Origin: a virus
DNA length: 64,000 bases
IMG/VR virus record: IMGVR_UViG_3300032093_000013
Direction: 5' to 3' (one strand)
Below are positions 26,907 through 36,143 of the stretch, in pieces. Position 1 is the first letter of the stretch. Each line of letters opens with the position of its first letter. Both the position numbers and the translations under genes were made by a program. The notes under the pieces are model-generated. The model saw nothing but the letters and a program-made list of their open reading frames with translations, searched no databases and was not told the DNA's origin.

Positions 26907-28511
26907 TCAAACTCTATATCTAATAACCACTATTCCACTACCACCTTGCCCTGCCGATCCACCAGCAACCCCAGCACCACCTCCGCCACCAGTATTTGCA
27001 ACTGCATTAGAACCACTAGTTGGTCCTGCAACTCTAGCACCACCAGCGCCGCCGCCGCCAGGTCCACCACTACCGCCTGGTCCAGGACTCCAAATAGAAC
27101 CACCACCACCGCCAGCATATAGACCAGTAGGTCCAATCGCAGATGATGTTGGGGAAGGGACAGCAGGACCAATTAACAAGGAACTAAATGTGGAGTATGA
27201 TAATCCAGCACCTCCTGGAGAAGGAGTGCCATTTGGACCAGCACCATTTGTTCCTGCAGCTCCAGCGCCGCCACCGCCGCCGCCAGGACCACCAGGTCCA
27301 GCTCCGCCGGCAGCGGACCCGCCAGGATTTCCCCACCCAGCTGGCGGTGAAGCATTTCCAGCAGTTCCACCAGGTGATCCAGTTGCTGGACCAGCAAATT
27401 GTACTGTAGGTCCACCACATCCAGCACCACCACCCGATCCACCAGGTCCTCCTGGTTGATTTCCACTGTCTGATCCACCACCGCCTCCTCCAGGAGCCGT
27501 TACTAAACCTCCAAGAGAAGAAGAACCTCCAGTAGTTCCTCTTGAGCCAGCCACTGCAGGCCCACCAGCGCCTCCAGCACCAATTGTTACTGGATACGTT
27601 GCATTTGAAACTAAAACCGAAGTTGAATATACTAAAGCGCCAGCGCCGCCGCCGCCGTTGCCATCAAAGCTTGGAGCACCATTTCCTCCCCCACCTCCGC
27701 CACCGACACACAAAACTTCAACTGTGTTACTTCCAGTAACAACAAAGCTCGCAGGACTTGATGCAAATACATGATAAGTATATCCATTATTTGATACAGT
27801 AGAAGGAATTATTGTCCCTCCACTAGCACTAAATGCTGACTTAATTGTTTGCCATCCCAAAATAGGTCCAAAATATCCTTCAATTGATGTTGTGGTATCA
27901 TTATAAACCAAAGTTCCAGTCGCAGTTCCAACACCAGCATTTCTACCAGTTGTTGTTGTTTGACCTAGACCAATTTGATTATTTCTTATAAAACTTTGTC
28001 CAACAATAATACTTGTTGTAGCACCAACTTGAATACCACCAGAAAATGTAGAGAGTCCAGTAGCATTTACATTACCAGTTACATTACCACTAAATCCACC
28101 AGTCGCTGTTACAACTCCAACAACAGAAGCACCAGCACCAACTACAAGACCGCTTCGTGCGGTAATAACACCAACAGAATCAACGTTAGTTACATCTTCA
28201 TAGGTCACTGTTCCAGCAACACTAATGTTTCCACTAAAAGATGCACTCGCAGCAGTGATAGTGCCGACAGTAATGTTGGGTGTTCCGCTTAACCCCGTTG
28301 CGTTTCCTGTTACATTTCCTGTTAGATTCCCTACAAAACCACTAGAAGAAGTTGTAACACCACTAACAACAAGACTATTCGTTCTTACATTTGCTGTTGA
28401 TGCCGCACCAGTAATATTGGGAGTATCGATACTTCCAGTGACTACAATGTTTTGTAAAGTAACTGTCCCAGTGCTTCCAATACCAGCGGCAGCAATCTTG
28501 GTAAATGCCAT
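26907..28511 (-). CDS. Fibre protein with one Gly/Pro-rich domain
   Basis: TYEDVTNVDSVG shaft motif; VLCVGGGGGGG...GGSGIVVIRY. Confidence 0.8.
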   Translation of the reverse strand: MAFTKIAAAGIGSTGTVTLQNIVVTGSIDTPNITGAASTANVRTNSLVVSGVTTSSSGFVGNLTGNVTGNATGLSGTPNITVGTITAASASFSGNISVAGTVTYEDVTNVDSVGVITARSGLVVGAGASVVGVVTATGGFSGNVTGNVNATGLSTFSGGIQVGATTSIIVGQSFIRNNQIGLGQTTTTGRNAGVGTATGTLVYNDTTTSIEGYFGPILGWQTIKSAFSASGGTIIPSTVSNNGYTYHVFASSPASFVVTGSNTVEVLCVGGGGGGGNGAPSFDGNGGGGAGALVYSTSVLVSNATYPVTIGAGGAGGPAVAGSRGTTGGSSSLGGLVTAPGGGGGGSDSGNQPGGPGGSGGGAGCGGPTVQFAGPATGSPGGTAGNASPPAGWGNPGGSAAGGAGPGGPGGGGGGAGAAGTNGAGPNGTPSPGGAGLSYSTFSSLLIGPAVPSPTSSAIGPTGLYAGGGGGSIWSPGPGGSGGPGGGGAGGARVAGPTSGSNAVANTGGGGGAGVAGGSAGQGGSGIVVIRYRV

Positions 28512-28536
28512 TATTAACCGACTACTTTTTCTTTAT

Positions 28537-29067
28537 TTATCGCACTAACATATCCCAAGAAGTCACAACACGCTCTTTATTGCTTGCGTTTGACTGTGCG
28601 TAATGTAAAAGCACACTGGGAACAATATACATTACACCTTCTTTCGCATCAGGAGCAAAAGCAAGTTGTGTGGTATCACTTACAGGATCGTTCCAGGGAC
28701 CAACAAAGACTGTTGGTTTATGAACTTTCTCATCATACTCAACATATAAAATTCCACTGTAACCGTGACTACGATGATTATGAACGGTCTGATAGTCTTC
28801 TTTCTTATATTTAATCGTCCAGATATCGGTGATTTGATACTCCGAAACACCAGACTCTTCACAAAACTTTTTCAGTTCCTCATTGAAGAGCATATCAAAG
28901 TCCAGAGCATAACTTCTACCGTCCTTCTGGCGGTCTGTATAAAAGTGTTGAAGACCTTTCTTCTCAAAGTTTTTTCTTTCAATCTTTTTATACAGTGCCG
29001 CCTTTTTTCTGGACCAGTCTTCTACCTCATAACGGTAGATTGGTACGAAGAATAGGGGATGTATCAT
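28537..29067 (-). CDS. 2OG-Fe(II) oxygenase-superfamily protein
   Basis: HNH..YSGILY..PSVLLH..N....RVVTSW double-stranded beta-helix motifs. Confidence 0.75.
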   Translation of the reverse strand: MIHPLFFVPIYRYEVEDWSRKKAALYKKIERKNFEKKGLQHFYTDRQKDGRSYALDFDMLFNEELKKFCEESGVSEYQITDIWTIKYKKEDYQTVHNHRSHGYSGILYVEYDEKVHKPTVFVGPWNDPVSDTTQLAFAPDAKEGVMYIVPSVLLHYAQSNASNKERVVTSWDMLVR

Positions 29068-29772
29068 TCAGCGAACTGCGTCAAAAGCACAGTGACAGAA
29101 AGGACCATTGGCGTTTACATAATGTAAAAATATCTGATGGTGGTAAGTATCATCAGGCAACTTTCTCACCTTTCTCCATAACCTTTGTGCCCTATTATAC
29201 CTTGAAGGAAGTGGGTCACGCCAGTGTTCTCTTTCACACCCCTTATAAACCGCTGCGTCACCATCGTTCATCAGCACATAACTTTCAGAACCATCAGGAC
29301 GCTCAAACCAAATGGGCCAAGGATTGTCAGGATGATTAGAACTGATTTGAAGGGTCACACTCACTTCACAAGCAGGACGGTCACTATGACGCTTTAACTG
29401 TTGACCAACAAAATAAAAACGGTCATAGAAATAAGTTGGGTGAAGGTCCATTTCAAGACGCTTCTCTATTTCTTTCTTAACCAGAAAGTGTAGTTCACGA
29501 TAGGTTGGAATATTATAACGGGCAAGTGAACCATTCACCTGCTTCTCATCAGGACAGTAATCATACTTGTCCATTCGGTTATTATAATAAGTTATCTGCC
29601 CTCTTTCAGTTGGCACATCAACCTTTAAGTTTTGTGGGTCGGCAATGAGACCTGGAATGAATAAGTATCCGTTCTTCTCAAAGGACTCGTTCTTGGACAT
29701 CTTACGAGGAGGCATCGCACAACGTTGATACCCTTCCTCATAGACACCGCCTGTGGACTTATATTCTTTCAT
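29068..29772 (-). CDS. 2OG-Fe(II) oxygenase-superfamily protein
   Basis: LKRHSDRPACEVSVT..GDAAVYKG..EHWR..QIFLHYV (HxD...H). Confidence 0.8.
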   Translation of the reverse strand: MKEYKSTGGVYEEGYQRCAMPPRKMSKNESFEKNGYLFIPGLIADPQNLKVDVPTERGQITYYNNRMDKYDYCPDEKQVNGSLARYNIPTYRELHFLVKKEIEKRLEMDLHPTYFYDRFYFVGQQLKRHSDRPACEVSVTLQISSNHPDNPWPIWFERPDGSESYVLMNDGDAAVYKGCEREHWRDPLPSRYNRAQRLWRKVRKLPDDTYHHQIFLHYVNANGPFCHCAFDAVR

Positions 29773-29774
29773 TG

Positions 29775-30431
29775 TTATACCTCCTCATTTTGTTGTTGTT
29801 TTTTGCGTTCCCACCAGAGTTTTCTTGCTTCACTTTGTTTTCTTCTAGTTTCTTCACTAGGAGACTTTCCATAAAAATAATTTTTTTCACCCTTGCGAGA
29901 TTCACTCATTTTCTTTTTACTTTCTTCTGAATGCTTTTTACCAATCCAAGGATGTGGTTGATTTTTCCAAGTTTCTGTTGTCCGTTCTTTTAGAAGTTCT
30001 TTAGTTTCTTCTGTATGCGTTTTTCCATAAAAAGGATTTTGTTCCCCATCGTAAGACCGTCTCTTTTGTAGAGTTTTTTCTATCCACTCTGGTTTAATTT
30101 CTCTACCTTTAAGTCTCTCACTCATCTTTTTTTTATATTCGTCAGAACGAACAACTCCTTCGGCAGAAAACCCAGTAGAAGTTTGTTTAGATTGATTCGC
30201 AAAATGAGCGTTTCTTGCCACATCATAAAACTGATGTAACTTAATTTCAGCATCTAATGCCTCTTCTCTTGTATCAAATACTTCTAAAATAATTTTATTG
30301 GTAGGGTTAAAAGTTTTATCATAAAAAGAACCAAAGTACCTATCTTCCTCTGGAAGACAGTCGCAAGTTCTACTTCCGATATATCCCCTACCAAAATCTT
30401 CGTAAGAGTAATAGACGTAATGATGTCTCAT
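29775..30431 (-). mobile_element. Free-standing GIY-YIG-type (Seg-like) homing endonuclease with NUMOD3 repeats
   Basis: YVY..YIGSR..YFGS N-terminal domain; NPFYGKTHTEETK, GKKHSEESKKKMS and GKSPSEETRRKQS repeats; own TATAAATA late promoter at 30453-30460. Confidence 0.85.
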
Positions 30432-30476
30432 AATACTGCTAAATGATATAAGTATTTATATCTCAAACGAGGTTCA

Positions 30477-31094
30477 TCATTTCCACCTCGGACCGCAAAC
30501 CCAGCCGACTAAACTTTTTCTGAGGCCAGACTTGACTTTACGAACTCGGTGAGGAGTGCGTGAGTCAAACATAATCAAAGTGCCCCTCTGCTTGGGAGCA
30601 AAATAGGTCTTACGTCCGTTATCCATAAACTGAACTTCGCCACCAGTATAGTCCTCTGGGTCTGATAGTTGAAGTGAGAATGAAAGTTTTCTCACATACT
30701 CACCTTGAACCGTGAGAAGATCTTGTGCGATATTGGTGCCTGAACTGACGATTTGTTGAGGTTTATAAGCAGTATCAATACCCGCATCAATGTGCCAGTC
30801 ATAAAACTGTCCAGCACCATATTGAGTGTATTGAATACTTTCACCATCAATCGCAGTCAGGTCATACAGAAAGTTTTCTCTGTTGGTTCTCTGAATATAA
30901 TGCCAGATGAAACCACCAATCCAATGAGAAGTCGGAATCCAGGCATTCTTGCTATCACGGATGACTTTATCTACTGCGTCTCCGTGAAGTCTGGACTCTT
31001 GTGCGATGGGATCGAACTTCTTGATATCTTCTTCAAGAATTTCTATAATATCTTTTGGTAGGTCAGTCGTGTACCACGTCGTGAGGAACGCCAT
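30477..31094 (-). CDS. 2OG-Fe(II) oxygenase, prolyl-4-hydroxylase/PKHD-like
   Basis: FYDWHID..RKLSFSLQLSDPEDYTGGE..PHRV..V.SG.RKSLVGW. Confidence 0.88.
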   Translation of the reverse strand: MAFLTTWYTTDLPKDIIEILEEDIKKFDPIAQESRLHGDAVDKVIRDSKNAWIPTSHWIGGFIWHYIQRTNRENFLYDLTAIDGESIQYTQYGAGQFYDWHIDAGIDTAYKPQQIVSSGTNIAQDLLTVQGEYVRKLSFSLQLSDPEDYTGGEVQFMDNGRKTYFAPKQRGTLIMFDSRTPHRVRKVKSGLRKSLVGWVCGPRWK

Positions 31095-31148
31095 AAAAGA
31101 ATAATGTGTTTCAGTTTTATTATATATTATACCACAAGAAGTGGGATT

Positions 31149-33284
31149 TTATGATGGGTAAGCGATGATGACGATACCGGAACCACCGTTAGCTCCTTGT
31201 TGACTTCCTGTTGGAGTAACAGGTGGACCAACATACGCGCCACCACCACCTCCACCACCGAGATTAACATTTCCATTGGATGCTACCCCAGTTGTTGGTC
31301 CACCAGCGCCACCTCCACCAGATCCCCCAGCACCTCCACTAGTGGGTGATGAATTTGCACCATCAGCAGATCCTCCTCCACCTCCACCACCGGCATATGT
31401 TATTGAAGAACCATTAATACTAGATGCTAAACCAGATCCACCAATTCCACCAGCAGGTGGGTTACTTCCAGAACCACCAGCACCTCCACCACCAGATCCA
31501 ACATATGGAGAAGCTGATGGTGATCCGGGTGATGCTCCTGGTGGACAGAATCCACCATTATTGCCTTGCGATGGGACAGTTGTTGCCGTGGGTTGATTAG
31601 TTCCATCACCTCTATTTCCAGTTCCCGCAGTGCTTTGGAAACGAGCAGCGCCTCCACCACCAGATCCACCATTTTTACCTGCGTTATTATCTCCTGCTCC
31701 ACCTCCACCACCACCTTGTGATGTTATTGTTGAAAATATAGAAGCACTTCCAGGAGATCCATCTGAGGCACCACCAGCACCTGTTCCTCCAGTTACAGCG
31801 CCACCCCCTCCGCCAGATCCAACAGTGATTGAATATGAACCAGGAGATACGGAAAAACCACTTCCTGTTCTCATTCCGCCAGCTCCACCGCCGCCGGCAA
31901 AACGAGCGCCACCTCCGCCGCCACCGCCAACTACAAGGTAGTCAACGGAACTTAAAGAAGGATCGGTGACTGTAAAGGTCGCTGATGAAGTAAAGGTGTG
32001 AATAGTCTTACCATCAGCATATGAAACTGTTCCACCAGTCGCTTTGACTGACTGTTGACCGACCTGATAACGGAGGATGACGATACCGGAACCGCCAGCA
32101 GAACCTGATCCTGGAGATGGTTGTGCCCCTCCTCCTCCGCCGCCGCCGCCAGTGTTTGCTGTTGCAGAGGCGGAAGCACTAGATGGAGACGAAGCACCTG
32201 GACCACCAGTAGCTCCACCACCAGATCCACCTGCTCCACCAGTTCCAGCAGGACCAGGTTGTCCGCTTGCTACTTGTTGACCACCGCCGCCGCCGCCGCC
32301 GGCATAAAAGACTGCTGTTCCGGAAATAGATGAAGGTAGTCCAGTTCCTCCTGCACCACCAAAATTAAGACTACCACCTGCACCAGGTGCTCCTGCACCA
32401 CCACCTCCTCCTCCACCTCCACCAACTGTTGTTGGAGCAAGAGTGCCTGCACCTTGACCACCAGGATTTCCTTGCCCAGGAGTGCCTGTTCCTGCGGGCA
32501 ATCCTCTTCCAAATCCACCACCACCTGATGCGCCAGATGTGCCTCCAGGGCTGCCTCCAGGGATGCCCTCACCACCAAGAGAAACGATAGCAGAAAAACC
32601 AACATTTGACGAATTAAATGTTGAACTATTACCAGGAACATTTTGTGGAGCACCTCCTGCTCCAACAATGATTGAATATGCTCCAGGAGAATTACTAACA
32701 GTTACACCAATACCAGTTCTGAAACCGCCTGCACCGCCGCCTCCCCCTGCACCATTACCATTATCACCATTAGTTCCACCGCCTCCACCACCAACTACAA
32801 GATACTCGACAGTATTATTATTAGCAGGAGCAGTTAAAACTTTAAAAGTATTAGATGCAGTAAACGTATGCGCTTTCCAAAAAACTCCACCACTATAATA
32901 AGAAGTTACAATACCACCCGTTGCCTGAATAAAGTTATCTGATGTTGGTTTCCAAGTTGTTCCGTCATAAACTTCTACAATACCCACTGTTGAATTGTAT
33001 ATAATAGTTCCAACAGCAGTTCCAACACCAGCATTACGTCCAGTGGTCGTTGTAGCGCCTAGACCGACACCAGTACTATTAATAAACTTATCACCTACCG
33101 TAATACTAGTCTGTATTCCAGATATTTGACCAGTTACATTACCCGTTAAGTTTCCAGTGATACTCGTCGCACTCAAAATACCGACCGTTGTGATACCTGA
33201 AAGAACCACACCAGTATCACTGAATGTTACGGTGCTTAATCCACTTCGGTTTTGTATTTGATTGACACGAATTTCAGAAGCCAT
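31149..33284 (-). CDS. Fibre protein with two glycine-rich domains
   Basis: Paralogue of 23629-26055; two YLVVGGGGGG domains ending GGSGIVIIAYPS. Confidence 0.8.
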   Translation of the reverse strand: MASEIRVNQIQNRSGLSTVTFSDTGVVLSGITTVGILSATSITGNLTGNVTGQISGIQTSITVGDKFINSTGVGLGATTTTGRNAGVGTAVGTIIYNSTVGIVEVYDGTTWKPTSDNFIQATGGIVTSYYSGGVFWKAHTFTASNTFKVLTAPANNNTVEYLVVGGGGGGTNGDNGNGAGGGGGAGGFRTGIGVTVSNSPGAYSIIVGAGGAPQNVPGNSSTFNSSNVGFSAIVSLGGEGIPGGSPGGTSGASGGGGFGRGLPAGTGTPGQGNPGGQGAGTLAPTTVGGGGGGGGGAGAPGAGGSLNFGGAGGTGLPSSISGTAVFYAGGGGGGGQQVASGQPGPAGTGGAGGSGGGATGGPGASSPSSASASATANTGGGGGGGGAQPSPGSGSAGGSGIVILRYQVGQQSVKATGGTVSYADGKTIHTFTSSATFTVTDPSLSSVDYLVVGGGGGGGARFAGGGGAGGMRTGSGFSVSPGSYSITVGSGGGGGAVTGGTGAGGASDGSPGSASIFSTITSQGGGGGGAGDNNAGKNGGSGGGGAARFQSTAGTGNRGDGTNQPTATTVPSQGNNGGFCPPGASPGSPSASPYVGSGGGGAGGSGSNPPAGGIGGSGLASSINGSSITYAGGGGGGGSADGANSSPTSGGAGGSGGGGAGGPTTGVASNGNVNLGGGGGGGAYVGPPVTPTGSQQGANGGSGIVIIAYPS

Positions 33285-33301
33285 TATGGTTTTTTAGGTA
33301 T

Positions 33302-33574
33302 TTATTGAGGTAACTGTGCTGCTGCTTCTTCGTTTCTTTGTGCTGCTGTTTTGACTAGACCTTCTTCGTATGCCGCTAAGACCATATCAGGTTTGTTAGT
33401 AGCAGTGATTGGTTGGTTATTGTCCAACTTATGTTTTACATAAAGGTCGCAGATTTCATCAATCGCAATTCTTGCTCTGTTGGTAGCAGCATTATCAATC
33501 CAGTCTTGTGGGTCTGCGGCGACATATTGAAGTGCTAGATCTTCTGCTTCTGTTAAGGTAATTGTATAATCCAT
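33302..33574 (-). CDS. Partner protein of C1q-type fibre (copy 2)
   Basis: Nearly identical to 18702-18983. Confidence 0.7.
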   Translation of the reverse strand: MDYTITLTEAEDLALQYVAADPQDWIDNAATNRARIAIDEICDLYVKHKLDNNQPITATNKPDMVLAAYEEGLVKTAAQRNEEAAAQLPQ

Positions 33575-33596
33575 ATAAAGTCTTTTTGAGTATTTA

Positions 33597-34577
33597 TTAT
33601 CCTATTAAGTACCCACCAAAATTTGGATAATTGTCAGTTGAAGAATTAGTAGATGGATAAAAAACATTTCCACTATCAGAACTAAAATATATTCTAATTG
33701 TATCATTGGCACTTAAAGTCAGTATTGTCTGCTGAATTGCATTAACAGGATATTCCGATCCAGTAGCAGTAGAATCCAATCTTAACTGTTGGGTATTAAC
33801 AGAAGAATTATTTTTATGAATAAAAAATCTATAAACATCAGATATATTATTTCCAACATTTGACCAGAAAAATAAATAAGTTCCTGCTACTGGTGCGGTA
33901 AAAACTCCATTACTTGTATTATAATGACTTCCAATGTTAACATATGTAGATGGAAAAATTATATAGTTTCCAGTAGCATATGTTCCACTACCAACTCCAT
34001 ATGCGTGGAACACTGGTTGATAAGGTGTAGTTATCCTACCGTTTGAATCTACACTAAATCTTGAGGTATTTGCCGTTAGAATACGAAAAGATCCAGTGCT
34101 TGAAGGATTATTGATACCAATATCAAATCCATTATCCGTAGTTGAATAAACATTAGTGTATTCGCTCCCTCTAAATTGTATTTCATTTAAAGAAGCACTA
34201 TTTTGAATTGTTATTTTTTGATTTACATTATCAGTTCCTATACCAATATTACCAGTGCTTCCAAGTCTTAATGACTCAACACCACCTTCAGTAAACGCAA
34301 TGGTATCAGGTGATGGAAAGAATATTCCTGTGTTTGAGTCCCCACTTGGACTTATAGATGGGGCAGCAGTAGTTCCGGCAGAAACTACAAGACCATTAGA
34401 AAATGTAGCAATGCCAGAAGAATTAACAGTTCCAGTAACATTACCAGTCAAATTACCACTAAAAGTCGTAGCAGTAACTCTATCAGTTCCGATTGATACA
34501 TTGTTTCCAACAGTAATGGAACTCGCTACCGAGATCGTACTAACACCAGAAATACTGTTGAAATTAATGATTGCCAT
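33597..34577 (-). CDS. Tail fibre with C-terminal C1q/TNF-like domain
   Basis: QPVFHAY..YNTSNGVFTAPVAGTYLF..LTLSANDTIRI..FGGYLIG. Confidence 0.75.
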   Translation of the reverse strand: MAIINFNSISGVSTISVASSITVGNNVSIGTDRVTATTFSGNLTGNVTGTVNSSGIATFSNGLVVSAGTTAAPSISPSGDSNTGIFFPSPDTIAFTEGGVESLRLGSTGNIGIGTDNVNQKITIQNSASLNEIQFRGSEYTNVYSTTDNGFDIGINNPSSTGSFRILTANTSRFSVDSNGRITTPYQPVFHAYGVGSGTYATGNYIIFPSTYVNIGSHYNTSNGVFTAPVAGTYLFFWSNVGNNISDVYRFFIHKNNSSVNTQQLRLDSTATGSEYPVNAIQQTILTLSANDTIRIYFSSDSGNVFYPSTNSSTDNYPNFGGYLIG

Positions 34578-34610
34578 CTATCTTATAATAAGACTTCCAG
34601 TTTTGAATAT

Positions 34611-35897
34611 TTATACGACGACCCAAACTCCATCAATCGTCAGAGCACCATTAACATTCACAGGTCCTGCCATCAGACCATTAAAGTTTGTTCCAATATA
34701 ATGATTGCCGTTCAGAGTATTATCCATTATCACCATACCATTTGAAACATAAATTCCTTGGAATGAGTTGCCAACACCAGTGAGTGCTGATACATCAACG
34801 CTTGTAGTATTAACTCCAACAGAACTTTCGGTTGTAATACCAGCAGTGTTTGCTCTCCACTTGGAAGAAACAACGCCAGTCAACAAAGAACCATCACCAA
34901 CAAACTTGGATGCTGTGATGATTCCTGCACCAACATTGCCCATTGAAACGGCAGCACCAGTCGTATTGATGCCACCAGGTCCAACTGTAATGGAACCTAC
35001 AACAACATTATCAGCAGTTGTAAGCCCTACATTGCCAGTGCGCCCATAAAAACCAGTGACATTACTTGACGTTGCACCAGCAAAGCCAATGTGTCTTACC
35101 TGAATTGCAACTCCACTTCCAGGTGCTGATACAAAACTAATAACATTTGCATTGACACTATATGCTCTAGTTACAAAAGCATCTGAAGGATACTGTACAA
35201 CACCATCTAGTGTAGCTAAAACATTCTGATTGTTTGCTGGTATTTTAGAAAGTGTAAAGTCAGTTGTTGCATTATTGCCAGTGAAACTATCAACAGTATT
35301 ATCCGCAATATCAAAGGTTGGGAAGTTGTTGGCAACTAGATTTCCCCAAAAGACATCGGTGATTGCTGGGGGTGTTGAAAATACAATGACAGAATCTAAA
35401 TCAAATCCAAATCCATTTGCTGGTGTTGTCGTATCATTTGGTTGCTGAATAACACCATTAATAGAAATTTGAAGTTGAGCAGCACGAGTCATTGCTGCTT
35501 TGGTTCCATTATCATATGTTGCCTTGAATCTTGTATTGATTCCGTCGAAGGCAACATTGAATGTATGATTTGTTCCTACTCCAGGTCCAGTGATTTGAAT
35601 AAAGGCGCCGTTTATTGCATTGACATAACTCAATGCAAGACGAATGCTATTTTGGTCGTATTTAATAATATAGTAAACATTACCAGAAATTAAGTTACCA
35701 ATTGCAGTTCCAGTGGTGCTGTAAGTAACTCTCTGCCCGGTAATGAATCGATGATTGTTTAGCGTGATTGTGTCATTAACCAGCGAAATGATACTTGAAT
35801 CACTACCATCGAACGTCAGTGTGTATGATGAAATGTCATCCAAAATTTTGAAAGAATTATTTTCTCCAATCGAAGGCAGGTTTCCAAGATATGACAT
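34611..35897 (-). CDS. Virion fibre/adaptor protein
   Basis: LDDISS, HRFITGQRVTY, ISINGVIQQP and LDGVVQYP repeats; C-terminal NG..GPVNV..WVVV. Confidence 0.7.
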   Translation of the reverse strand: MSYLGNLPSIGENNSFKILDDISSYTLTFDGSDSSIISLVNDTITLNNHRFITGQRVTYSTTGTAIGNLISGNVYYIIKYDQNSIRLALSYVNAINGAFIQITGPGVGTNHTFNVAFDGINTRFKATYDNGTKAAMTRAAQLQISINGVIQQPNDTTTPANGFGFDLDSVIVFSTPPAITDVFWGNLVANNFPTFDIADNTVDSFTGNNATTDFTLSKIPANNQNVLATLDGVVQYPSDAFVTRAYSVNANVISFVSAPGSGVAIQVRHIGFAGATSSNVTGFYGRTGNVGLTTADNVVVGSITVGPGGINTTGAAVSMGNVGAGIITASKFVGDGSLLTGVVSSKWRANTAGITTESSVGVNTTSVDVSALTGVGNSFQGIYVSNGMVIMDNTLNGNHYIGTNFNGLMAGPVNVNGALTIDGVWVVV

Positions 35898-35914
35898 ATC
35901 TGTTTTTTAGTTAT

Positions 35915-36130
35915 TTATTCTGGACCAAAAGTGTTTCCTGGAATTCTTGAATCTAATGGAGATTCTGGTCCGTTATCTTCAACAACTCTAATTGAACTTT
36001 CATCTTGACCTTCATCAATCAATTCTTGCTTTCTAGTTAAAGCTTTTTCTTGAGTTGGAATTTTTGAATGAGACCAGTCTTTTAGTTCCCATTCACCATC
36101 TTTTAAAATTTCTATTCTATAAAAAGTCAT
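35915..36130 (-). CDS. Small hypothetical protein (fibre partner)
   Basis: ORF track; directly downstream of fibre 36144-37820. Confidence 0.55.
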   Translation of the reverse strand: MTFYRIEILKDGEWELKDWSHSKIPTQEKALTRKQELIDEGQDESSIRVVEDNGPESPLDSRIPGNTFGPE

Positions 36131-36143
36131 ATGAGTTTTATGT

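Noticed and set aside
29775-30476. Endonuclease as an intron-encoded ORF splitting one oxygenase
   Set aside because: Both flanking oxygenases are complete, and the 2-nt and 45-nt gaps leave no room for a ribozyme core.
27190-32898. Pro-rich plus-strand ORFs and alternative-frame minus-strand ORFs
   Set aside because: They are shadows of Gly-codon runs in the real fibre genes.
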